A DNA stretch of 64,000 nucleotides. It comes from Candidatus Hopanoidivoransaceae bacterium (GTDB taxonomy: Bacteria; Actinomycetota; Acidimicrobiia; Acidimicrobiales; Hopanoidiivorantaceae). The notes below the pieces were generated by a model, which saw only the letters and a list, made by a program, of their open reading frames with translations, did no database searches and was not told the origin of the DNA. The position numbers were made by a program, and so were the translations under genes. This document shows positions 37,097 to 49,100 of the stretch, piece by piece (position 1 is the first letter of the stretch; every line of letters begins with the position of its first letter). The DNA is taken from NCBI GenBank assembly GCA_965204495.1, contig OZ241989.1, forward strand, positions 1,641,214 through 1,705,213. Direction: 5' to 3'.

Positions 37097-37198
37097 TCCT
37101 CAGAGAGTTGACAGGTTTCTGAGTTCCAGTCTATGGGATTGGCCGGCACCAGTCGGACGGCGGATTTATGCCAGAGTGCTCTTATCTGGCAGATGCTC

Positions 37199-40100
37199 TT
37201 ATCTGGTGAAGATTGATTGGAAGACTTGGTAGGTTTGGGTGTCTTCGTTCCAGCGTATGGTTAGGGGCTGGCGGGTTCTGGTGAAGATGTAGGTGGTGTC
37301 TGCGGGGGCGATGCTCATGAGAGGGCGATAGGGGGCGTTTTCGCCTGTGGTTAGTCTTCTTTGGGCTGTGGGGTGGCAGGGGAGCGATATTGACCATCTT
37401 CTGCTGCGTGTGCTGTAGCTGGCTATGGCTATGATGCCTTGCTGGTTGCGGCAGTCGGTGAGGGTGGGGTCTAGCAGGAAGTCGGTGTCGTCTGTGCGGG
37501 TGATGCCTTGGGGGATGCTGAGAGTAGACCAGCCTGTGGTTAGGCGCATTCTGGTGGTGCCGCCGCCTAGGTTGCTGGTTCTCATTTCTCTGTTGGTGAC
37601 GGCTTCTTCGGTGCGGAAGGAGACTCTTGTGCCTGCCGGTATTGCCTGCGAGGATCGGGTTGCGCGTGTCCAGGTTTGCCTGGCGGTGTTCCATGTGTAG
37701 ATGGTTTGGGTTGAGCCGAGGTTGAAGGCTTGGCGTATTTGGCCTGGGGTGGTGCCGCCTTGCTGTGCTGTGAGGGTGTTCCATCTGGGGCCTGGCTGGT
37801 CGGGTTCCAGGGTCGTGGTCGGACGAGAGGGGTCGGGTATCGTGGTCGTGGTGGTCGTGGTGGGCGGCGGCGGTGTGGGTCGCCGTGCGGGCGGGTCTAT
37901 CGGCTGGATCGGGCCAGCGGGGCGTTCCTCGGGTTCTACGGGTGCTGGGGTGATGGTGATGTGGACGGTGGCCAGGTGGGTGTCGCCGCCTGTTGATGTG
38001 TAGGTGATGTGGAAGTCGGCTTCGCCTGGTGTGCTGCCGGCTCTTATGGTGTAGACGCAGCCGTTGCGTGTTACCGAGGAGATTTCTGGGTCTATGTCGG
38101 TGGCGTCCAGGCATCCGATGGTGTAGGCGTCGTTGCCGGTGCCGTCTGTTGCGTAGGAAGACAGGTCTATGCCTTGTGCGCTGTTGGCTTGGAGGGTTAT
38201 GTCTGCGGGGGCGGTGTAGACGATGTCAGACGCCGGGCCGATGTTGATTGTGAAGCTGGCATTGTTGGTGTTTCCGCCGCTGGAGGTGTAGGTGAGGGTG
38301 AAGGTGGTGTTGCCCTGGGCTGCTGTGGCTGCGGCGGTGATGGTGTAGCGGCAGCCGTTGCGGTGTATGTCGGTCAGCTTGGCTGGTTCAGTGGCTGTGG
38401 CATTGCCGCAGGTTATGGAATACGGGCCGTCCGTGGCGTAAGAAGCGAGGCTGATCGTGCGGGTGTTGCCTGCGCCTATCCGCAGCCTGTCGGGGCCAGA
38501 AATCGGCGGCGGTGCGAAGACGATGCTGGATGTTGGCGTGACAGCCACTGTGATGCTGCCGTTGCGGGTCGCTCCGCCGCTGGAAGAATACGGCACGGTG
38601 AAGCTGCCGCTGCCCGTGCTCGTGCCCGGGGTCACCACGAAGTTGCAGGTGTTCGCGGTGCGGGCTACGGATGCGAACACGGACGGCACGCCGGTGGCGT
38701 CGCCGCAGGTTATGGTGTATGCGCTGTCTGCGGCGTAATCTGATGCGTCAATAGTCAAGGTGCTGCCTATCTGAACCGACAGACCAGTGGGCGCGGTGAA
38801 GGCGATGCTGGAACGCGGGCCGATGGTGATGGCTATCTGCGAGTTCAGGGTTGCTCCGCCGGTGGAGGTAAACGGAATGGTGAAACTGGCAGAACCAGCG
38901 ATGCTGCCTGCTCTTACCGCATAGCTGCAGCCCGTGCGGGAGACGCTCGCGATTCTGGGGTTCACGGCTGTTGCGTCGCCGCAGGAGACTGTGTAGCCGG
39001 TGTCAGCCGCGGTGGAAGCATCCACGGTGATCTGGCGGCCTGCTGCCACACTCAGACCTGTGGGAGCGGTGAAAGTAATAGTGGACTGCGGGCTGATGTT
39101 GACCGATATTGTCCCGGTGTGGGTGGCACCTCCGCTGCTGGTGTAGGGCACATTGAAAGTCCCGGTGCCTGTGCTAGACCCAGGCGTTATCGTGAAGTCG
39201 CAGGTGTTGGCGGTGCGAACCACCGATGTGAGCGATGCCGAGCGATTAGTAGCGTCAGCGCATTGCAGCGAATACGGCCCGTCGGACGCATAATCGTTCG
39301 CGTGAACTAGCAGCGTCTCTCCGACATGGACATCCAACCCCGAAGGAGCCGTGAACACGATACTGGAAGCCGGCCCCACACTCAGCGAAATCGTGCCGCT
39401 GAGAGCAGCTCCGCCCGCAGAGCGATACGGCACAACAAAGCTAGTCGCACCTTGATTAGCGGCGGCGGTGATTTCAAAGCTGCAGCTAGAACCCGTGTGG
39501 GTAACAGAAGCAAGCCTGCTGGCGTTGACACCAGTAGCGTCCCCGCAGGAGATCGCATAGCTGCCGTCTGCGGCATAGCTGCCGACATCAATAGTCCTAG
39601 CCGTGCTCACGGGGATGACAATGCCCGAAGGCGCGCTATAGACAATATTTGAAGCAGCCCCGATAGTAACAGACACCTGCCCGTCCCTTGTGTGCCCGCC
39701 GTCGGAGCTATACGGGATCGTGAAGGTAGCAGCACCGGTCATGCCAGAAACAGGCGTGATGGTGAAGCTGCAGCCGTTGCGGGTTATGTGATCTATCCGA
39801 GCGTGAATGCTCCTGGCGTCCCCGCAGGAAATCGTGTAGCTGCCGTCTGTGGCATAGCTGGAAGCGTCAATCGTCAAGGTGCGGTTGTGGCCCACCGTCA
39901 AAGCATTCGCCCCCACAGGAGCGGTATAGACGATAGTGGAAGCCGGCCCGACCCCGATGGTGAATTCTTGGTTCAGCACATGCCCGCCGGCGGAGCGATA
40001 AGGCACAGTGAAAGTGGCATCGCCCTGCTGCGATTGGGTCAGGGAGCTTATCGGGTTGATGGTGTAGCCGCAGCCGTTGCCCGAAGAGCTTCTCGTTACT

Positions 40101-43100
40101 GATGTCAGCTTCGTGCTGTCCACGCCGGTGGCGTCTAGGCAGGTAATCGTGTAGTTCCCGTCCCTCACATAATCCAAAGCGTCTATTGTGCGGGTGCGGT
40201 TGATGCCGATCTTCAGAGCGGGGTCGGGCGCGGTGAACACGATGGTAGAGGGCTGGCTTATGGCTATGGACACTGTGCCCGTAGAAGTAGCTCCGCCGTC
40301 TGAAGTAAACGGCACTCTGAAAGTGGCAGTTCCTAGGCTGGCTGTGGTGCGAGGCGCAGCGGCGAACACGCACGGGCTGGCTTGAGCGTCAGGGCGGGTA
40401 ACCGACGAGAGCCTGGAATGGACATTGGTAGCATCGCCGCAAGTCACGGTGTAGCTGCCGTCAGTAGCCGCGTTGGAGAGATCCACGCTCAAAGTCCTGT
40501 TCCGCCCCACTTGCAGACCAGCAGGAGCAGTGTAGACAATCGCGCTGTCGGGGCCGATGTTGACGGTGAAAGTCCCGCTGGCGGTAGCTCCGCCTGTGGA
40601 AGAAAATGCCACAACAAAAGTAGTGTCGCCCTGCGAGCCCACAGCCAGAGTATCCACTGGATCAACAGTGAAAGAACACCTGCTGCCGCTGGAGCTTCTG
40701 GTGACCGTCATCCTGTTGGCATCCACCCCCGTAGCATCCGCGCAAGACACCGTATAAGCAGCGTTCTCGCCGCTCACAGCAGCCAATGCGTCAATCACCA
40801 GCGTGCGGTTGCGGCCTATCTTCAAGCCTGTGGGCGCCGTGAAGGTGATCGCGCTGTCGGGGCCGATATTCACAGTAATCCGGCCCGTAGCGGTAGCTCC
40901 GCCGTCCGAGGTGTAAGGAATCGTGAAGCTGGTGTTGCCCTGCAAGCTCTGAGCCAATGTGTCAACAGGATCAATAGTGAAATCGCAGCTGCTGCCTGTG
41001 TGGGTTACCGTCAGCCTCGCGGCATCCACCCCGGTGGCATCGCCACAAGTCACCGTGTAAGCGGCATTCTCGTTTACATAGTCCAAAGCGTCAATGCTCA
41101 AAGTCAGGTTCCGGCCTATCCGCAACCTGTTCGGCCCGCTAGTCGGCGGGGCGGTGAAGCGGATGTTGCTGTCGGGGCCTACCTCCACCGAGATGGTCTC
41201 GGTGCGAGTGTGCCCGCCGTCTGAAGTGAATGCGATAGCGAAAGTGGCTGTGCCGACAGTTGCGAAGTTGTTGGGGTCTATCGTGTAGCTGCAGCTATTA
41301 GCCGTGCGTGCGACCGAGGTGAGCCTGCTGTGAATAGCGGTGGCGTCGCCGCAGGTGATGGTGTTGTTGCTGTCGGACTCCGAAACATAGCCGGAAGCGT
41401 CAATAGTCAAGGTGCGGTTGCGGCCGACCAGCAGCCCGGTGGGAGCATTGTAGGTGATAGTGCTGTCTGGGCCGATATTCACCGTGAATGTCCCAGAAGC
41501 CGTAGCCCCGCCTGTGGAAGTGAAAGCCACAGCGAAAGTGGTGTTGCCCTGCAAGCCGGTCGCCAGAGTGTCCACGGGATCGACAGTAAACACGCACCTG
41601 CTGCCTGTGGAGCTTCGGGTGACCGTCATCCTGTTGGCACTCACTCCGGTAGCGTCAGCGCAGGTAACCGTGTAGGCAGGATTCTCCGTCACCGCCGCCA
41701 GAGCGTTGATAGCCAAAGTCCTGTTCCGCCCCACCTTCAAACCAGTCGGCGCAGCGAAGACGATATTGCTGTCGGGCCCCACATTTACAGTAAACAAAGC
41801 GTTGCGAGCGTGCCCGCCTGTGGAAGACAGCGGCACCGTGAAGGTAGTGTTCCCCTGCAGCCCCGCAGCCAGAGTGTCAACAGGATCAACGGTGAAGGTG
41901 CAAGTATTGGCAGTGCGCGCTACAGAAGTGAGCCTGGTGTTGTCTATCCCGGTAGCGTCCCCGCAAGTCACGGTGTAGGTGCTGCTCTCTGTGAAGTGGT
42001 CTGTAGCGTCAATCTCCAAAGTCCTGTTCCGCGCCACCCTCAAGCCAGTCGGCGGGGTGTAGACGATGTTGGAATCCGGGCCCACTGTCACAGAAATCGC
42101 CCCAGCCACGCTGTGGCCGCCCTCAGAAGTGTAAGGCACGGTGAAGCTCGCAGAACCAGCCACATTCTTCGGATTGATGGTGAAAGTGCAGCTTCTGCCC
42201 GTGTGGGTTACAGACTGCAGCTCCACAGTGTCAATGCTGGTGGCATCCCCGCAGGAGATCGCGTAGTTCGTGGGGTTGGCTTCAACAGCATAGCCAGACA
42301 CATCAACCGTGATCGTGCGGTTCTTCGCCACCGAAAGCGCAGGAGACGGAGGAGTGAAAGTGATAGTAGAAGCCGGCCCGACTGTTATGGAGAACACTGC
42401 GTTCTCAGTGTCTCCGCCGTCAGAAGTCAAAGGCACGGTGAAGTTGGCAGAACCCTGCTGCGATTGCGTCAGAGTGCTGATCGGGGTGATCGTGTAGCCG
42501 CACCCGTTGCCGCTGGAGTCGCGCGCCACAGATGTCAGCTTCGTGGTGTCTATGCTGGTGGCTGTGCCGCAAGTAATCGTGTAGCCGCTGTCGGTGGCAT
42601 AGTCCAAAGCGTTGATAGTCTGAGTCCGATTGATGCCCACCTTCAAATCAGACGGCGCGGTGAACTGGATATTGGAAGCGACCCCCACATCTATGGAGAT
42701 GGAGCGGGTCGTGGTAGCTCCGCCGCTGGAGATGTAAGGCACAGAAATAAAAGCAGTGCCCGTGCTGGTAGCGGCAGTGATGGGGATGCTGCAGCCGGTC
42801 TGCGCGCCGAGGCTTATCAGAGCAGAGAACTCCGTGATAGTGCCGCAAGAAATCGTGTAGCTGCCGTCTGTGGCGTAGCTTGACACATCCAAAGTCAAAG
42901 TGCGGCTGGCAGCCACAGCAGGATTAGACGAAGGCGCCGAGAACACGATAGACGAAGCAGCCCCCACGGTTATCTGCACAGCCCTGCTGATCGCATGTCC
43001 GCCAGTAGATGTATAGGGCACAGTGAAACCAGTAGACCCCTGTGTGCCGTTCAAAACTATCCTGTAGCGACAGGAGTTAGACAGACGAGTCACGCTGGTT

Positions 43101-46100
43101 ATCTCAGTGGTATCCACGCTCGTAGCCGTGCCGCAAGAAATCGTGTAGCCGCTGCTGGCGGTTTCCGAAACATAATCCGAAGCGTCAATCGTGAAAGTCC
43201 GCAAGTTATTGCCGCGTTCCAGAGTCGGCGCATTGTAGGTGATAGTGCTGTCGGGGCCGACTTTGACTGAAATCGTCCCGTTAGCCGTAGCCCCGCCAGT
43301 AGATGAGTAAGGCACGGTGAAGGTAGCGTTAGTGGCCTGCAGCGTAGAACTCAAGCTGCTTACAGGCGTAACGGTAAACGAGCAGCTGCTGCCGGTGTGG
43401 GTAACCGATGCGAGCCTGGTGGTGTCAATGCTTGTGGCGTCCCCGCAGGTGATCGTGTAGCCGCTGCCGATGGTCTCTCTCGCATAGCTGCCAGCGTTAA
43501 CCACCAGAGCCCGGTTGCGGCCGACCAGCAGCCTGTTCGCCCCAGTAGTCGGCGGGGGAGTGAAAGTTATCGCCGAGTTCGCGCCCACATTGACTGTTAT
43601 CGTCCTGTCTATGCTGTGCCCGCCGGTGGAAGCGAAAGTCACAACGAAAGTAGCAGCACCCGGGAAAGCGAAGTTGTTGGGGTCTATCGTGTAGCGGCAG
43701 GTATTAGCCGTGCGAGCGACCGAGGTCAGCCTTGAATGAATGCTGCGGGCATCCGAGCAAGAAATCGTGTAGCCGCTGCTGGCTTCTGTCACATAATCCG
43801 AAGCGTCAATCTCCAAAGTCAAATTCCGCGCTACCAGCAGCCTGTTGGCCCCGGTAGCAGGCGGTATGTTCGCGGTGATAGTGGAATCCGGGCCGATGTT
43901 CACAGTGAAAGTCCCAGAAGCCGAAGCCCCGCCTGTGGAGGTGTATGGCACAGAGAAAGTCGCATCGCCCTGCGAACCGGTAGCGAGGGTATCCACCGGA
44001 TCAACAGTGAAAGAACAGCCATTGCCAGAAGAGCTGCGCGTGACTGTCATCTTGTTGGCATCCACCCCGGTAGCATCAGCGCAGCTCACCGTATAGGCAG
44101 CGTTCTCCCCGCTTATGGCAGCCAGAGCGTCTATCACCAATGTCCGGTTCCGCCCCAAAGTGAATGTGCTGGGAGCGGTGAAGGTCAGGTTGCTGTCGGG
44201 GCCGATGTTCACAGTAATTGTGCGGGTTATGCTGTGGCCGCCGTCTGATGTGAAGGGGATAGTGAAAGTCGTGGTGCCCTGGTTAGCCGGCGCCAGAGCA
44301 TCAACGGGGTCTATCGTGAAGGTGCAGCTATTGGCAGTGCGAGACACAGCCATCCTCGTGGCAATCACCCCGGTAGCGTCAGCGCAAGTGATGGTGTAGG
44401 CGGAGTTGTCAGAGACATAGCCAGAAGCGTTAATCTCCAAAGTCTGGTTGCGTCCCACTCTCAGAGTCCCAGGAGAGCTGTAGACGATGGTAGAAGGCGG
44501 CCCCACCGTGATGGAGATGTTCTCGCTTGATGTGTCGCCGCCAGCAGAAGTGTAAGGAATAGTAAAGGTGGCTGTGCCCTGCGTGGCAGTAGGCGTGATC
44601 GTGTAGCCGCAGCCGTTCCCGCTGGAATCGCGCACCACCGAAGCCAGAGCCACAGTGCCAGAAGTCGGCACATTAGCCCCGGTGTTAGTGGCTGTGCCGC
44701 AAGTGATGGTGTAGCCGCCGTCTGAGGCATAGTCCAGGGCGTTGATAGTCTGGGTGCGGTTAGTGCCGACCTTCAGTCCTGTAGGAGCAGTGAAGACGAT
44801 GCTGGATGCTGCGCCCACATCTATGCTCAAAGAAGAAGTCAGAGTATGCCCGCCAGAGGAGCGATAGGGGATAGAAATAGTAGCGGTGCCCATGCTGCTA
44901 CCAGAAGTCACAGGAATGCTGCAGCCGGTCTGCGAGCCGAGGCTTATCAAAGCAGACGACTCGGTGATAGCCCCGCAAGAGATCGTATAGCTCCCGTCAG
45001 CAGCGTAAGAGCTCACATCAATTGTGCGGGTTCTGCTGGCAGCGATAGCAGGATTGGAAGCAGGCGGCGTGAAAACGATGGTGCTGTCGGGGCCGACATT
45101 GACCGTAATAGTGCGTGTTATTTCGTGGCCGCCCGAGGAGGTGAAAGTGATAGAGAAAGTAGTGTCGCCTTGCAGGGCTGGGGTCAATGTGGTGATGGGG
45201 GTGATGGTGTAAGAACAGGTATTGGCTGTGCGTGTAACGGAAGTCAGTTTGGTGTTGTCCACCCCAGAGGCGTCTGAGCAGGTGATGGTGTGGCCGCTGC
45301 TGGCTATTTCTTCTACATAGCCCGATGCGTCAATAGTCAATGTCCGGTTCCGCCCCACTGTCAGAGTTCCCGGGCTGCTATAGGTGATAGTGGAATCCGT
45401 GCCCACTGTCACAGGTATAGCTCCGTTCACGCTGTGGCCGCCTTCAGAGGTGTAGGGCACGGTGAAGCTGGCAGAGCCTGCCACATTCTTCGGGGTGATG
45501 GTGAAGGTGCAGGTGTTGGCTGTGCGGGTTACCGACTGCAGCTCTACAGTGTCGATGCTGGTGGCATCCCCGCAGGAGATGGCATAGTTGGTGGGGTTGG
45601 CTTCAACGGCATAAGGGGCCGCATCAACGACTAGGGTGCGGTTCTTGGGCACCAGCAAAGCAGACGGAGGGGTGAATGTGATAGTAGAAGCAGGCCCCAC
45701 CGCAATGGAGAACACAGCGTTTTCGGTGTCGCCTCCGTCAGAGGTCAAAGGCACGGTGAAGCTGGCAGCTCCCTGCTGCGATTGAGTGAGTGTGCTTATC
45801 GGGGTGATCGTGTAGCCGCAGCCGTTCCCAGAAGCATCCCGCACCACAGATGTCAGCCTCGTGGTATCCACGCTGGTGGCTGTGCCGCAGGTAATCGTAT
45901 ATCCGCTGTCCGATGCGTAATCCAGGGCATTGATAGTCTGGGTGCGGTTGATGCCGACCTTCAAGTCAGACGGCGCGGTGAATGAGATATTGGAAGCGCC
46001 CCCCACATCAATGGTGATGCTACGGGTCAAGGTCGCCCCGCCGCTAGAGATATAAGGCACCGAGATAGCAGCAGTGCCAGTGCTGGTGCCGGCAATGATG

Positions 46101-49100
46101 GGGATGCTGCAGCTGCCCTGGGTCTGGTTGCCAAGGCTTATCAAAGCAGAAGACTCCGTGATAGTCCCGCAAGAAATCGTGTAGCTCCCGTCTGCGGCAT
46201 AGCTGCCGACATCCAAAGTCAAAGTGCGGCTGGCAGCCACCGCGGGATTAGACGCAGGAGCAGAGAACACGATAGCCGAAGCAGCACCCACAGTTATCTG
46301 CACAGCTCTGCTAATCGCATGTCCGCCAGTAGATGTATAAGGCACAGTGAAACCAGTAGACCCCTGTGTGCCGTTCAGAACGATCCTGTAGCGACAAGAG
46401 TTAGAAAGACGAGTCACGCTGGTTATCTCAGTGGTATCCACGCTCGTAGCAGTGCCGCAAGAAATGGTGTAGCCGCTGCCGCTAGTCTCGCTCACATAGT
46501 CCGAAGCGTCAATCGTGAAAGTCCGCAAGTTGCTGCCCCGCGCCAAAGTCGGAGCATTGTAGGTGATAGTGCTGTCGGGGCCGACCTTGACTGAGATGAT
46601 CCCGTCAGCTGTAGCCCCGCCGCTGGAAGCATAAGGCACGGTGAAAGTAGCGTTCGTGGCCTGCAGCGAAGAACTCAAGCTGCTCACCGGCGTAACCGTA
46701 AACGAGCAGCTGCTGCCGGTGTGGGTAACAGATGCGAGCCTGGCGGTGTCTATGCTGACAGCGTCCCCGCAGGTAATCGTGTAGCCGCTGCCGCTGGTCT
46801 CGCTCGCATAGCTGCCGGCATCCACCGCCAAAGTCCTATTGCGGCCTACCAGCAGCCTGTTCGCCCCAGAAGTCGGCGGGGCGGTGAAAGTTATCGCCGA
46901 GTTCGGCCCGACATTGACTGTTATCGTCCTGACTATGCTGTGGCCGCCAGTGGAGGTGAAAGTCACAACGAAGGTGGCAGTGCCAGAGGTAGCGGAATTC
47001 ACCGGGTCTATCGTGTAGGTGCATGTGCTGGCCGTGCGTGCGACCGAGGTCAGCCTTGAATGGATGCTGCGGGCATCAGAGCAAGAAATCGTGTAGCCGC
47101 TGCCGCTGGTCTCTGCCACATAATCCGAGGCGTCAATCTCCAAGGTCAGGTTCCGCGCCACCTGCAGCCTGCCCGCCCCGGTAGCAGGCGGAATGTTAGC
47201 GGTGATAGTGGAATCCGGGCCGATGTTCACAGTGAAAGTCCCAGTAGCAGTAGCCCCGCCTGTGGAAGAAAAGGCCACAGAGAAAGTAGTGTCGCCCTGC
47301 GACCCGACCGCCAGGGTATCCACAGGGTCAACAGTGAAGGAGCACCCGTCGCCAGAAGTGCTCCGCGTGACCGTCATCCTCGTGGCATCCGCGCCGGTAG
47401 CGTCGGCGCAGCTCACCGTGTAGGCAGCGTTCTCGCCGCTGATGGCAGCCGATGCGTCTATCACCAATGTCCGGTTCCGCCCCAGAGTGAAAGTCCCCGG
47501 CGCGGTGAAGGTCAGAGCGGAATCGGGGCCGATGTTCACAGTCACCGTGCCCGTGCCGGTAGCTCCGCCGTCAGAGGTGAACGGAATGGTGAAAGTCGTG
47601 GTGCCCTGGTCGCCGGGAGCCAGAGCATCCACAGGGTCTATCGTGAAGTCGCAGCTGCTCCCCGTGTGAGTAACAGCCAGCCTCGCACTAGCCACCCCGG
47701 TTGCATCGCCGCAAGAAATCGTGTAGGCGGCATTGTCAGCCGCATACCCCGAAGCGTCAATCTCCAAAGTCAAGTTCCGCGCCACGCTCAAAGTCCCAGG
47801 AGAGGTATAGACGATGTTGGAAGCCGGCCCCACCTCAATAGCAATAACGCCGTTCTGGGTGTCGCCGCCCGATGAGGTGTAAGGCACGGTGAAGTTGGCT
47901 GTGCCTTGCTGGGCCGGCGTCAAAGTGCTGATCGGGGTGATCGTGTAGCCGCAGCCGTTGCCCGAAGTGTCGCGCACCACCGACGCCAGCCTCGTGGTGT
48001 CCACATTCGTAGCCGTGCCGCAAGAAATAGTGTTGCCGCCGTCAGCCGCATAGTCCGAAGCGTCTATAGTCTGGGTGCGGTTGATGCCGACTTTCAGCCC
48101 GGTCGGAGCGGTAAAGACGATATTGGAAGCGACCCCGACATCCAAAGTCAGAGTCCCCGTGGTGCTGCCGCCGCCGGATGAGGTATACGGGATGGTGATG
48201 TCGGCGGTCTGGGGCGTCGTGGCCACCGAGGTGATCATCACGCTGCAGCCGGTCTGCGTTCCCAAGGTGATGTCGGCATCGGTCGTGGAGATAGTGCCGC
48301 AAGAAATCGTGTAGTTCCCGTCAGTGGCATAAGAACTCACATCAACAGCACGGGTGAGGCTGGCCCCCACCGCAGGATTAGTGGCGGGCGCAGTGAACAT
48401 GGGATCAGAATCAGGGCCGATATTGATCGTGAGGGTGCGGGTTATGGTGTGCCCGCCGGTGGAAGCGAAGGTGATAGCGAAGGTGGTGTCGCCCTGCAAT
48501 GCCGGCGCGAGGCGGTCGGCGGCGTTGGCCTCGCTGTTGCCTACGGGGGCGACAGTGTATTCGCAGGTGTTAGCCGTGCGGGCAACAGCCATTCTGTTGG
48601 CGGCCACGCCTGCGGCATCAGAGCAAGCGATGGTATAGCCGCTGCCCGATATCTCTGAAACATAATCCGAAGCGTCAATCACCAGCGTGAAGTTCCGCCC
48701 GATTTCCAAAGCGCCCGGAGCGGTGTAGGTGATAGTGGAATCAGGGCCGATATTCACGGTGAAAGTCCCCGTAGCGGTATCGCCCCCAGAAGAAGTGAAC
48801 GGCACGGTGAAGCTGGTGTCGCCCTGCGAGCCGGCAACCAGGCTGTTTATAGGATCAACAGTGAAGACGCAGCCATTCCGCGACACCGAGGTCAGCTTGG
48901 TGCTATCCACCCCGGTAGCATCCCCGCAGGTTATGGTGTAGCTGCTGTCTGTGGCATAATCAGTGGCGTCAATAGCGAGCGTGCGGTTGCGCCCCACTTG
49001 CAGACCGGCCGGCGCGTTAAAGACGATGCTGGAAGCAGGCCCCACATTGACAGCAACAGCAGCAGAGCGCACCTCCCCGCTGGTGATACTGAAGTTCACA

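Noticed and set aside
37182-38114. 310-aa minus-strand ORF (H/R/P-rich) overlapping the 3' end of the giant gene.
   Set aside because: It is an alternate frame of the same strand with extreme low-complexity composition. The giant ORF frame carries the conserved module and C-terminal domain.
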